Shown here: positions 37,892 to 50,292 of the stretch, in pieces
How positions within the stretch are numbered: position 1 is the first letter of the stretch
How the letters are laid out: every line of letters begins with the position of its first letter
Assembly (NCBI GenBank): GCA_026023565.1
Contig: JAPETS010000030.1
Span: 310,001-360,292 of the forward strand
Source: Cirrosporium novae-zelandiae
Lineage: Eukaryota
Direction: 5' to 3'
DNA length: 50,292 nucleotides
Translations under genes and position numbers: made by a program
The notes under the pieces: model-generated
What the model saw: the letters and a program-made list of their open reading frames with translations, nothing else
What the model was told of the DNA's origin: nothing
Databases searched by the model: none

Positions 37892-39544
37892 ATGAGGCAC
37901 TCTACTGTCCTCTACACTGTCTTTCTTCTTCCTCTTCTTAGCAATGCCCATATGCAGATGAGCTGGCCTTATCCCATACGAAGCCCTCTAAATCCAAATG
38001 ATCATTCTGGTTTTCGAGATTATGACTACGCCAGCCCTCTTAAGCCAGATGGATCAAACTATCCTTGCAAAGGCTATCAACATGACGACTCTATGGTACC
38101 GGTAACTATTTACAAAGCCGGGTCTACTTACAATATGACCATTGCTGGCCGCGCAACTCATAAAGGTGGCTCCTGTCAGCTTTCATTATCCTATGATGAC
38201 GGCAAAACGTTCAAGGTCATCAAATCCATGGTCGGTGGCTGCCCTTCTTCGAAAAAAGAATACCGCTTCACTGTTCCAGCTTTTGCACCTCAAGGCAACG
38301 CACTATTCGCCTGGACCTGGTTCAATAAAGTCGGGAACCGTGAAATGTACATGGACTGCACGAAGGTCAAGATTGAGGATCCATATCCTACAGTAGGACA
38401 AGCGGGATTAGGACTAAAATCGGAACGCCGCAGCGAAAGAATGAAAAGGCATGAAATTTTTCGAAGAGCGGCGCAATTCCACGCCTTACCTAACATCTTT
38501 GTTGCAAATATCGGGTCTGCCGGAGCAGACTGCAAGACTATGGAGGACTACGATGTCATCTTTCCCCACCCTGGAAGTTCCGTCGAGTACGACAAGAACA
38601 ATCTAAAGCGCAACACGGATACCGTCGATAGGGTAGGCTATGCATGCCCTCCCAGATTCGAAAAGTCTGGCATTTCTGGAATGAGTCCAGACCAGGTATT
38701 CAGAGAGCCGGTTGTCAAAGTGCGTCCGGTAATGGCTACAGGATCTCCTTCAAGTGCAAATTCCACCTCAACGAAAGGGTCTATCCTGGCTCCATATCCT
38801 ATCTCAGCTAACAACTCAACCAACGCAACATACCCAACCAACGGACCAACCGCAAACATCAACGCTTCTTTAATCGGCCACTCCAATACGACCACCATAA
38901 CCGTCAACCAAACACTAACCGCCACCAAAGTAATCACACTCGTCACCGCAGCACCAAGCGAGCTTCCCGTGGGCCTCCCTACGGGTTTTCTCGACTCACT
39001 AATAACCGCCGTCCCCACAGGCGTTCTATCAACCGGATTCCCCACAGGCATGATCAAGCCCGCCCTCGCCACCCCCGAAGCCTGCATTGGCTATTTAGAA
39101 GGTGGTTACCGCGGCCCTGTCATCCCCGGAAGTACCGGCGCCAGACGCCAAATGTATTACTTTCCCAACTGCACCATTCCCTTCACCCCAGCCACCATTA
39201 TTGCCTCGGCCCCCTCCTTCCCGACCTCCACCGCCTCCGCCGGAACCTGCGTCCTCGATGCCATATTCTGCAACACCCCATCAACATGGTCCCGTTGCGG
39301 CCCCGTCACAGAAGATCTCACCGACTATATCTTCATGGGCCCTGTGGAAGCAGGGACGGAATGTGTCAATGGAACCATGCAACCCGCGAAGGACATGTCG
39401 TGTGATGAGGATGATGGGACTATTATCTGCTCGCTGGATGGAAAGAGCTTTTATGTGTGTGTCGCTGGAGGGAAGATTGGTGAGGCTAAAGTTGCTCAAG
39501 GGAGTATATGTAAGGATGGAGAAATTACGAGGGTGCCGTCGTAG
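37892..39544 (+). CDS. AA11 lytic polysaccharide monooxygenase with Ser/Thr/Pro linker and two C-terminal Cys-rich putative chitin-binding modules
   Basis: Signal peptide followed by His1 (A|HMQMSWPYP), second His in ATHKGGSCQLSLSYD, and WTWFNKVGNREMYMDC. Two 4-Cys modules lie at the C-terminus. Confidence 0.87.
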   Translation: MRHSTVLYTVFLLPLLSNAHMQMSWPYPIRSPLNPNDHSGFRDYDYASPLKPDGSNYPCKGYQHDDSMVPVTIYKAGSTYNMTIAGRATHKGGSCQLSLSYDDGKTFKVIKSMVGGCPSSKKEYRFTVPAFAPQGNALFAWTWFNKVGNREMYMDCTKVKIEDPYPTVGQAGLGLKSERRSERMKRHEIFRRAAQFHALPNIFVANIGSAGADCKTMEDYDVIFPHPGSSVEYDKNNLKRNTDTVDRVGYACPPRFEKSGISGMSPDQVFREPVVKVRPVMATGSPSSANSTSTKGSILAPYPISANNSTNATYPTNGPTANINASLIGHSNTTTITVNQTLTATKVITLVTAAPSELPVGLPTGFLDSLITAVPTGVLSTGFPTGMIKPALATPEACIGYLEGGYRGPVIPGSTGARRQMYYFPNCTIPFTPATIIASAPSFPTSTASAGTCVLDAIFCNTPSTWSRCGPVTEDLTDYIFMGPVEAGTECVNGTMQPAKDMSCDEDDGTIICSLDGKSFYVCVAGGKIGEAKVAQGSICKDGEITRVPS

Positions 39545-40347
39545 GCTAGTGAAAAAGGAGAAGAATGTGTGTGCGTGTGTGAAACCAGGAAGGCTTCTTT
39601 CTTGATATCAATGGAGATGAAGCAGATTATTCACCTCGCGAAAGATCCAGCGTCATCACAGCCACGTTCATATTTTTCCTTTTAGGTAGAGCGAGAGATG
39701 TTGCTATATGTTTTCTCATTTTCCCTTCTTTTCTTTCTAGCATTCGAAGGAGCTCTCAGCGTTCGCACGCATATCAAAACATGATCATCATAATCATTAA
39801 ATCAACCCTCTCCTTTTTTTTGCAAGCACCCTCCTTCCTCCTTTAATATGGATTTCGGGTTTAGAAAGATTGTCAGTTATCTTTATTTTATTATTTATTA
39901 TTTATATCTCGGCTCTGTTAAATTTTCACTTGTAGATTCTGTGGGTTAATATTTAATGAAAGATCAAGAAGACCCGTAGAAATACCGGATCTTAGTTATT
40001 CCTAGCCTACCATGGAAGCCTTAGGCTTTTGCGTGTAGAAAATAGTGAAGGGTGGAGTGGTAAATGGCAAGTGGTATTCAAGTAACAACTACTGTAATCT
40101 TGGAGGGTGGTATCTCAATAATTTTTCAATTTTAAAACAGGTTCAAGTAACCTTCAATTCATGACAGCACTTTTTCTAAAAACAAAAGACAAAGCCCAGC
40201 TATTCTTTGTCCTTTCAACTTCCTTACGAGTTTATCCCCATCAGACCAGAAACAAAACCACGCTTTACTCCTTCGCAAGCCTCTAAAATCCCCCCACCTC
40301 ATCCATCCCATCCCATCCCAACTAACAGCCCACCACCGAAGTCAACC

Positions 40348-41460
40348 ATGCTCGCCCTAGCTCTCACAGCTGAACTAAGCGGGTATGTATTTCCTCCCTC
40401 CTTCCTTCGAAAGGCCTCTAACATAACCTCTCTCCTTTGTCTTCTTTGCCTTTTAGCCGATTTTTATCTAATCACTCAATTGAAATATAGGGTGACGGAT
40501 CTCCGTCCCCTCGATAGTCCCGATCAGCCATACTATTACACTTTTAAAGTGCAATGTACGTCTTGTCGCGAGATTCATCCGAATTGGGTTAGTGTTAGTA
40601 GATTTGTAAGTCCTGTCCTCTTCATTTTTTTATTTTCTGTCCATCTCTAGTCGTTGGGTGCTAAAGACTGAAGGCGGGGAAGGAGGGATATATGTAGTCT
40701 TCAGATGATAATAGACGAGAGCAGATTACGTTCGTTTTTTTTTTGAACTAATTATCCCTCCAGGAAGCCAACGAGATGTCCGGGAGTCGCGGAGAGGCGA
40801 ATTTCGTGTTCAAGTGTAAGATGTGCAAGGTTAGTATTTCACCTTATGTCGTTTATTTTCTTTTATATCTGTACCATTTTTCTGTCTTGGTCATATGGAG
40901 GTGGAAGGGTGGGCTTGATCTATATATCATCTATGGGGACATTTCTCCTCCAATTTTGATACAGGCACCATTTGTTGTATCATATTGCTATGCAATAACT
41001 CTCTTTCTCCCTCCCATTCTGCCCTACCATCACTAGACCCCCCTAAACTCATGACAACTCTCTCTCTACGCAGCGCGAATCCTCCGCAACCATAAAAGCT
41101 CCCCCAGCGCCCTACACTTACTCCTCCCCCCCAACTCGCCAACCAATCTTGACATTCGACTATCGGGGTTGCGAGTTCACCGAGTTCAAGCCAGATGTAA
41201 GCCGTCCTCTCTTCCCATTATTATCCTCCCCTTATAATATTCATCTATTTATTCATATCCATTTATACTTGTATGATTGTATCTACCTACGTATTTACGG
41301 ATGGATGGATTTATAGGGCGAATGGCAAGCCACAGGACTAGAATCCGGAACAGCATTCTCTGGTATTGAGTTGAACGAAGGCGAATGGTATGATTATGAT
41401 GAGAAAGCTGGAGAGGAGGTTAGTATTAAGGATGTTGGGTGGGAGGTTAGAAGGGCGTAA
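40348..41460 (+). CDS. DUF866/UPF0587 CXXC zinc-binding protein (CZIB/C1orf123 homolog), 5 exons
   Basis: MLALALTAELSG|VTDLRP..YYYTFKVQCTSCREIH..|EMSGSRGEANFVFKCKMCK|RESSA..|GEWQA.GLESGT.F..IELNEGEWYDYDEKAGEEVSI. Confidence 0.93.
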
Positions 41461-42230
41461 GCGAAAGAATGATGGAGTGTTTTGTCCCTGGAAGCATGAG
41501 GAGATGGACAAATGGTGATTTTGATGGTGGTGTCGATTACTTTACAATCCTCTCGCCGGTATTCAAATCATGAGTCATGGATAATGATGAAATATGCTAA
41601 CCTACGTTCCTTGATCAAACCTATCAACCGGACAGCAAACGTTCTCTCTTCACTTACTCATCTATCAGAGTTCTCGAGCAGAGAAACTCTTCTCTGCAAC
41701 ATTCGAATAAAGCCTAAAGTATAAACTATATCAAGATACCTAGGTACTCAATCATTCGTATAGACATATCGAACGAAAAACATCCATCCATACTACCCCC
41801 CGAACCAACACAAAAATACCAACAAAAGTAGCTACTTGTTCTGTTTCTAATTCTAATTAAAGTTCTAATTTCGCCGTCCATCTCCAACAATCCCCCCCCC
41901 CCCCAAAAACGCCTAAATGTTAAAAATCTCGGCCTTTCTAATACGAATTCCTTTATCCACACTTTCATTGGTATTAGGAAGCTCGAAATCGCGAATGAGA
42001 TTGTTCCATTCCGACCGGTCGGTGGGGTTCGGCGTGAGAATTGTAATGGGGTTCGGCAGCGGCGATGGATCAAGGCTTGTGATTATATTGACGGGGAGGG
42101 TCCCGTAGCTCTCCTTATTAATCAATCCATCTAACTTATAAATTACCCCCTTCCCTCCCCGTCCAAGCATCCCCAAACCACCAAGCAAAGAACCTCATCC
42201 ACAAACCAAAAAACAAAAACAAAAATAAAA

Positions 42231-42749
42231 ATGCGTCCCTCCGCCCCCATGACCACGACGGCCATCAAGGCCACAGTAGCAACAGCGCTCCTAACAACAA
42301 CAACGGGAGCAGCACCCACCCCAACCCCAGCAGCAGAACCAAGCCCCCCAGACCCTACCTGGATCAGCCCCCTCCAAGTCCCCAACCCCGACGTCTCCTG
42401 CTACCACAATGCCAGCGCCACCACCTTCCCCTGCCCCTACACAAAAACCCCCGACCTCCTCTCAATCCGAGTCAGCAATAGCACCGTGACCATTAATCAT
42501 GACGGGACCCAGATCAAGTGCCATGATAATGGGAAGAAGAAGAAGAAGTTCCGGTGTCCGTATTTGGAGCTGGCGAGTGGGTATGAGATTTTTGTTTTGT
42601 ATGATGATGTTCTTGTTCAGGGGAAGATGGTTCAGGAGGAGCAGAAGGAGAGGAAGGTTTTGCATAAGAGGGAGCGGGTTGGTCAGGCGGCTCCGGGGAT
42701 GCCGAATAAGTGGGATCTGGGGATGTTGTTTCATTGTGTTATTCTTTGA
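42231..42749 (+). CDS. Small signal-peptide protein with KR site and C-terminal CaaX (CVIL); putative peptide precursor, paralog A
   Basis: Intronless 172-aa ORF, A-rich start context, TATAAA at 42137, Ala/Thr-rich leader ending AAP, 4 internal Cys, and ...HKR ERVGQAAPGMPNKWDLGMLFHCVIL*. Confidence 0.72.
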   Translation: MRPSAPMTTTAIKATVATALLTTTTGAAPTPTPAAEPSPPDPTWISPLQVPNPDVSCYHNASATTFPCPYTKTPDLLSIRVSNSTVTINHDGTQIKCHDNGKKKKKFRCPYLELASGYEIFVLYDDVLVQGKMVQEEQKERKVLHKRERVGQAAPGMPNKWDLGMLFHCVIL

Positions 42750-43995
42750 GTGTGGGGCTAGTGAATGGGGGGGGGGGGGGTATTTGGGGAGTTAACCTAC
42801 AGTAAACCTCATCAGGGAAAAGGAATAGACTAGACTAGACCAGAGCAGACCTCGGGCCTTGGTCTGGTCTGGTCGGTCTGATCTGGTCTAATTATTCCCT
42901 GCCCTTCCCTTCCCATAAAATAAAATAAACCCAAACTTAAAGTTCATTCATTTCGCCCTCATACTGAGTATATAAAACCTACTTTTTATATACCCATAAC
43001 CTAGGTAGCGACTTGAACTACCAAAATATCACACAAATGTCTTAAGAATAAGAACAATCTATCTATCTAGGTAAGGTAGGTAGGTAGGTAATGGGAAAAA
43101 TGAATATGGTTAATAATCCAAAAAAAAAAACCAATTCCATCACTAATTCATTCATTCATTCATTCATTCATAATAGCTATTAATATTGATTCATATACTT
43201 AACGTACCTAAATACCGTACTTGTATATCCATAAGACCGTAAATATATCTATATATATTCCAAAGAAAGAAACCCAAAAAAAAACCTCACAGTCGAAGAA
43301 CCCTTATTCCGCCTTGCCCTCTCTCATGTCCTCATGTGAAAATCAAAAATCAATTAATTAAAAAACTCTCCTCGTCTCCCTCTCTCGCCTCTCTTGCCTA
43401 TTACCCGAACTAAAAAAAATTGAGGGAGAGGGGGGAAAGAAAGGTCTTATATACATGATATATGGGACATAGGTGGATATATTGGATATATTGGAGAATA
43501 TAATAGGCGTAGGGTATAAGGTGTAATAGGGTGTAAGGTGTAATAGGGTGTAAGGTGTAGTAGGGTTTATGGTGGTAGGGTATAGGTGTATAGATCACCA
43601 CCATCAGCCTCTGGAATTAGGAATTAGGAACTAGAGAACGGAGGAACAACAACATCATTATTATCATCACTTTTCGAGTTTCTTCTTGCTTCTGTTTGTT
43701 TGGGTTTCTTTCGGGCTTTGCTTCGGATTTTCTGGTTTCTGATTGTCTCGGGTTTTTGGGCGGTATTGTACTGTAGATAGGTTTCATGAGTCAAGAAATC
43801 CGAGTGTTAGGTTAGGTGTAAGGTGTAAGATGTTTTCTCTCTCTCTCTCTGTATGTATATGTATGTGTCCCCCAAAATCCATAAATACCCCCTCTCCTCT
43901 CCCCTTCTCTCTCTCATAAATCTCTAACAACATCTCCTTCTCTCATCATCATCATCATCATCATCATCGTTGATATATTAAGAAAATCAGAAAAA

Positions 43996-44370
43996 ATGCG
44001 TCCCTCATCCACCACCACCCAAGCTACTGCTGCTACCATTGCAGCAGCAGCAGCACTGATCCTAGCGACAACAACACCAGCTTTCGCAGCCCCAGCCGGA
44101 ACCCGATCAAATACCACCAGCAACACCACTATTACTGACACTATCGAAATGACCGACATCGCAGCAGCGGAACCATCCTCGATTCCGAACCTCGGGGGCC
44201 TTGAATTTTATGGTCCTACAGGAAGACGGGGAGAAGGGCCGTTTGAGGCCGAGTTTGACGAGAAAGATAATTCTACGGTGCTTAGTAGGGCTGAGGGGGG
44301 ACAAACGGAGCCAAAACCAATGCCTAAGCATATGCATCATGGTGTTCCTCCTGTTTGCCCGATTTTTTGA
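43996..44370 (+). CDS. Small signal-peptide protein ending in CaaX-like CPIF; putative peptide precursor, paralog B
   Basis: Intronless 124-aa ORF with the same start sequence AAAAATGCGTCCCTC, a hydrophobic leader ending AFAAP, an acidic pro-region, and ...LSR AEGGQTEPKPMPKHMHHGVPPVCPIF*. Confidence 0.72.
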   Translation: MRPSSTTTQATAATIAAAAALILATTTPAFAAPAGTRSNTTSNTTITDTIEMTDIAAAEPSSIPNLGGLEFYGPTGRRGEGPFEAEFDEKDNSTVLSRAEGGQTEPKPMPKHMHHGVPPVCPIF

Positions 44371-44933
44371 GCGGGAGTAGGTAGGGAATTCTCCGGGGGA
44401 GTATGGGATTGGGATTGGGATTGGGATTGGGATTATGGGTGGTGATGGTTAAAATCTTTGTGTGGATAGATGGGTGCCTAAGTACCTAGGTAGTCAGCTC
44501 CGAGAATGTTAGCCATACCCCCCCCGGGCCAAGTTTGCTTTGTGATAGAGACAAGGAATGGGACCTATAAAAATAAAACAATCAATTATTTGCCAGTATC
44601 ATAAAACTCTTCATTGCTCTAGTTTTTTTTTTGTTATTGATGGACTAGGGATTTAGTATTTGGTATTTGGGAAGTTAACAAGTAAACAAATCTGCAGGGG
44701 GAAAGTAATAAAGGGATATATTCGGAGAAATTTCATGTTCGTGGATGAGTCTAATAAATATATGGTTCATCATGGTGACCGACCGACCAACCGATCGACC
44801 GACCATAAAACGTAAAGGGGGGAATCAAAACCCATTCTAAAAAATGGTAGGTTGTGTGTGCTGGTGTGAAATGAGTAAGGCGGATATTATTCCGCCCCTT
44901 CTTCTTCTTCTTCTTCACGCTATTGAACCCCCC

Positions 44934-45747
44934 TTATGATTCCACCTCATTTACATTCCCAGAGCTCATAAGCGCATCCACATACGCCCTCTCCGCCTTT
45001 ACATTTTCTTTCTTCTGTTCCTGCAGCAGTACTGTGAGAACTTCGATGGGTGGATTTAAATTCAAAGAATTCGCACGCCTCCATCTTTTTATTCTTTGGA
45101 TACCTATGCAGGGCTAGATAGATAAAAAAAAAGAGGTAGGGGGTTAGTGAGGATTGAAAGAAAGGGGGGGGGTAGCAGAATATATGTATCTGTGAATGTG
45201 AGATGGATGGAACATACACCGTATTGAGAGCTCAAATCGAAATGTCGTAGGATTTTTTCGATCATGCCTAATTGTTTTTGATGCACTGTATGTAGCAACG
45301 TGAGTATGTGATTTTTATTTGCTTTTGCCGGATTGTTGATTATAATAACTCACCCCTCGGCGCCAACCTCTCCATCTCCAAATTCTTCCAATATCTCTTA
45401 ATCTGGGCATCCTTTACTTTCTCCGCTCTGATCTCCTCATCCGTTTTCGGCGTCGCAACCTCTTCCTCTTCTCTTTTCACCCGCTCGTGAATTGCGATCT
45501 CCGATATCCTCGGTCCCGCAACGTCTGCGGCTATCGCATCGTCACCAGCAGCAGCATCTTCAGTCTCAACCTCCGACGCCTGAGGAACAAGGATTTTCTT
45601 GACTGAAATAGGCTTGGGTTTTGATTTTTTCAGAGAAGCCGGACCGACGGATGGTTTCGTGACTCGGGATTTTGCGCCAAAGGAAAGGGTGGATTGGGAG
45701 CGGGTGTTGGAAGTTGGACCGCCTGAGGCTTTGCGACGGGGAGGCAT
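44934..45747 (-). CDS. POLD4: DNA polymerase delta subunit 4 (p12/Cdm1), 3 exons
   Basis: PIP-like QSTLSF; IKRYW...LAPR|VHQ...EKILRHFDLSSQYG|PCIGIQRIKRWRRANSLNLNPPIEVL; stop at 44934. Confidence 0.94.
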
Positions 45748-46509
45748 GATGACAACTTTGAAAGATAAAATAGTTGAGGAGAGATTTTTATTTCTGATGA
45801 TACTAGTAGTCTTGATTAATTAAATAGTTTGCGACTGAGGTTGATAGATAGATGATTATTGTGAGGGATGACGTTTGGAATCAATATGATTTGCGGTTGC
45901 TGGGGTAGCAGGGGTTCGTGTGGTTTGTGCGAACACGACGGGAGGTCACGTTTTCCAGTTAATTAATTAAACTCATTAATTATTCCTCATCACTAACCTC
46001 ACGTCTTCAGTTTATTATATATCTATACGCTTTTCTCAGTATATCAAATATCTTCAACGAAAATTATAAATACTATCTATAAGGCCTAAAGTATCAACAT
46101 GAAAACACTGGTTCTAAAGGTCTCCCCCAAGACCTTTTTTATCATTATACCCTTCTTCTAGGACTATCTAGTACAGTTGAGCCATATAACTTGGTTACCA
46201 GAGAGGTCCTCAAGTAAAATCAATCTAGGGATTACAACCATCTTTAATGAAATGTGATGGGATTCGCTGTATCGAAACATTTGACACTGTCAATCCACTT
46301 GTATTCTGACTTAGTACTAACACACGCAAAAACTACCTTTTTTCCTTTCGTCTCTATCTATTCTCTTGACGTGACAGTTTAAGATCACAATTCATGTCAT
46401 CCAGACTTTGTTCATTCCGAATGTAACTCGTTCATATCTTTTTGTCTAAGCTCTTTCTTCAGACTCTTCCCGACAACTCCACCAGCGTCTTCAAGCATTC
46501 TAGTTTCCG

Positions 46510-48149
46510 ATGACTACACCAACAAAGTCACGAAGCAGTGATTGGAAACAAAAAATATCATCTCCGTTGAAAACTATATCTCTCCGAACACAGAAACTTC
46601 TGTGCTTCGCCGGAAAGGCGTCCGAAGAGACACTGAAGTCACCAACAACTAATCATAGGACAACCTCCAACAATATGTCACTCGGTAATTCAGACGATCC
46701 AGACTATGCTGATCCTCACTACGTAGCAGAAATGGAGAGAAAGGTAGGAAGAGCAGAGGCCCTTGCAATGTTAGAGGGCAGAATCACGAGGCCTTTTTTG
46801 AACAACGATTCGGACTGGTTGACGACATTAATGGAGTGAGTTTCAACAATCATGCTGTTTTTTTAAATGATTGGTTTTATGGACCTTGTATTAGTTCGTC
46901 TCTTATCAGGAGATGAAGAACGGACATGAGGTTTCACTTCAACACTATACAATGGAAGCTTCCTCTACCTTTGATTTAAGCCTTGATGAGACATGATTGT
47001 GGAAATTAACGAGCTACACCAGAGAAATGGAGGGAGATTCCGAGCCTCAACTGCCAACAGTTGCAATCTTGTCGTCAGTAGTCGCCATCGAAAAGCTCAT
47101 TCCTTTAAAATTTATCCCAGCGGCTGAGGACAAAGGTAGCACCCATGAAGCAATTAACAAATCGATTGCAAGCTTATCCTCACATAGTTTTAGACCAATT
47201 AACTCCCCCAACTCTTTTTGGACGCACATTTGAAATGGACAAGGATAGTATATATCCATGGCAATCCCGTAACCGCAAATTCAGAGAACTTTTTCAAGCC
47301 CTCCTCGACTACTGGGACGATGAAAGTCTCGATCGAATTCCAAGAATCGTAACTTCACTCACCGAGGTGGAAATAATTCATCTGCCGGAATTGGATTCTG
47401 CCCTAAAACATATACAACATCTCGGCGAGGACACCTATAAAATGAAACAGAAACAGCTATGGGTTCTACGTTTCCTATTACAGAAAATCCACAGCGAGCT
47501 CAACAAGGACGAGCGCGTACTTGATGCTGGTGAACAGAAATTTTCTTTGGGGTGAAACCATCTCCTTTACTAAACTACCCTTTACAATACTAAGCCTATA
47601 TAGCTTTCGAGAACGCGACTTGGTCATGAAAAACACGCTCGGTGACACGCAATTCGTAGGTTTCAGCAACGGCTACGTCCATCTCCAACCTCAAATTTCA
47701 GAACAGCCGTCACCAGTTCTATCATGTTTAACCGTCCGTACCCCTCTCCCCACAATATTAGTTAACTCACTCACCTCTTCCAGCACCTCCCACACCAATC
47801 TTGGCCCACATTCATAACCACCACCATTTCTGCCATGTTGAGCCAACTCTCCCTCCCCCTCACCAACCGAGAAGTCTTCATAATCGGCTTCCACGCCTTC
47901 GACTTCTACATCGCCCGTGGCTTCTTCTCTGAACAAACTAGGATCGAAACCTATGTACACGGATGCCACGGCAAGAAATTCCGGGTTCAATTTTCAAGAG
48001 GATGGAATTTGTTGAGGAGAGATGATTGGGAGGAAGCATGTAAAGCATTGGTTGGATTATTGCGGTATTTACTCAGTGGGGAGGCGAAGGTTGGGGCGGT
48101 TTTGAAAGTGGTTGAAGAATCGGGGAGCGATAGTGATAGTGATGTATAA
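46510..48149 (+). CDS. Hypothetical multi-exon fungal protein; 5' exon structure unresolved, possibly disrupted
   Basis: Consecutive plus-strand ORF pieces. The 3' pieces join through plausible introns (~47531..47602 and ~47734..47783) into ...FSLG|FRERDLVMKN...|HLPHQSW...AMLSQL..EVFIIGFH..WNLLRRDDWEEACKALVGLLRYL. Confidence 0.5.
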
Positions 48150-48985
48150 GGGGAGGAGGAAGGGGGTTGAGAAATTCAGAATATTTCTGTCGGAGAGGAT
48201 AGGGGGGAATGGCCAAACACCGACATATCTTGGAAAAAAGGAAAAGGTATCTTAAACGAATGAACGAATGAATGAATGAATGGATGAATGAGTGAATAAG
48301 CAGAGGAATAAAAAACCCCAAACTAGTAAATCCTTAAAAGAAAAAAATGCAAAGGGTATTTCATTTATATTCGTATTCATATATATGTTCACATTTTATG
48401 TTCAATTTTAATAGGTATGTATGTATAGATGTATGGCTAGCCTGCAAGTAGACACGTTATAACATGCATGTCTGTCCATTCTATTCTATGCTTATGTCAT
48501 GTTCCTTTCTAGCTTGCTTACTTACTCATTAGAGAGTAGTTAAAAGGAAAAAAGAAGTGTACCATTTTTTTTTTGCTGGGGGGAGTGGGGGTGGGTGGGA
48601 GACAGACACCTTAATTTCTTATTCTTTTATTGTTCCCCTCTATTCAAAATAATAATATCTAAACCAACAACAGAAAAAGTGAGAGTGTCATAGAATATCA
48701 TAAAATTCCATAATCTACATATCGATGGACAAATCAAATCCATCTATCCACAATCCACTCATTAATAATAATAATGATAATAAAGACGTAAAAACGTAAA
48801 AACGTAAAAACGCACAAACCATGGCATACATACGTACGTACAGTACGTAACGCTCAAACAATCACATCACTCATCTCATCTCATCTACATACATAAACTA
48901 CATAAAATTACCATTCTCTCCCTCTCCTCCATATATAGTAATCATCATGATTGATATAAAACACCAAGAAATCAAATCAATTGCC

Positions 48986-50292
<1,307 letters not shown>

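Overview
This is gene-dense nuclear DNA from a filamentous ascomycete (Pezizomycotina), with short GT-AG introns and CTAAC/CTGAC-type branch sites. In order, it holds a 3'-truncated PflX-like radical SAM gene, THR4, a small terminal-inverted-repeat element, an intron-containing U3 snoRNA, UPF3, a SIT4/Ppe1 phosphatase, a phenol 2-monooxygenase, a conserved hypothetical gene and a DDHD phospholipase. Next come a divergent DMATS prenyltransferase + FAD oxidoreductase pair resembling the indole-diterpene tailoring genes janD/janO (paxD/paxO) with no core cluster in the window, and an AT-rich spacer with a 12-bp minisatellite. The rest comprises the divergent ATP-citrate lyase pair, a CFEM (Ag2/PRA-like) GPI protein, an AA11 LPMO, a DUF866 gene, two tandem paralogous signal-peptide genes that each end in a 16-residue MP...CaaX peptide, POLD4, a hypothetical gene, and the 3' part of a poly-Asn GPI-type protein. 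The most interesting items are the CaaX peptide-precursor pair and the orphan D/O prenylation cassette. Family calls come from motif recognition and remembered sequences; no database searches were run, and exon boundaries are manual estimates.
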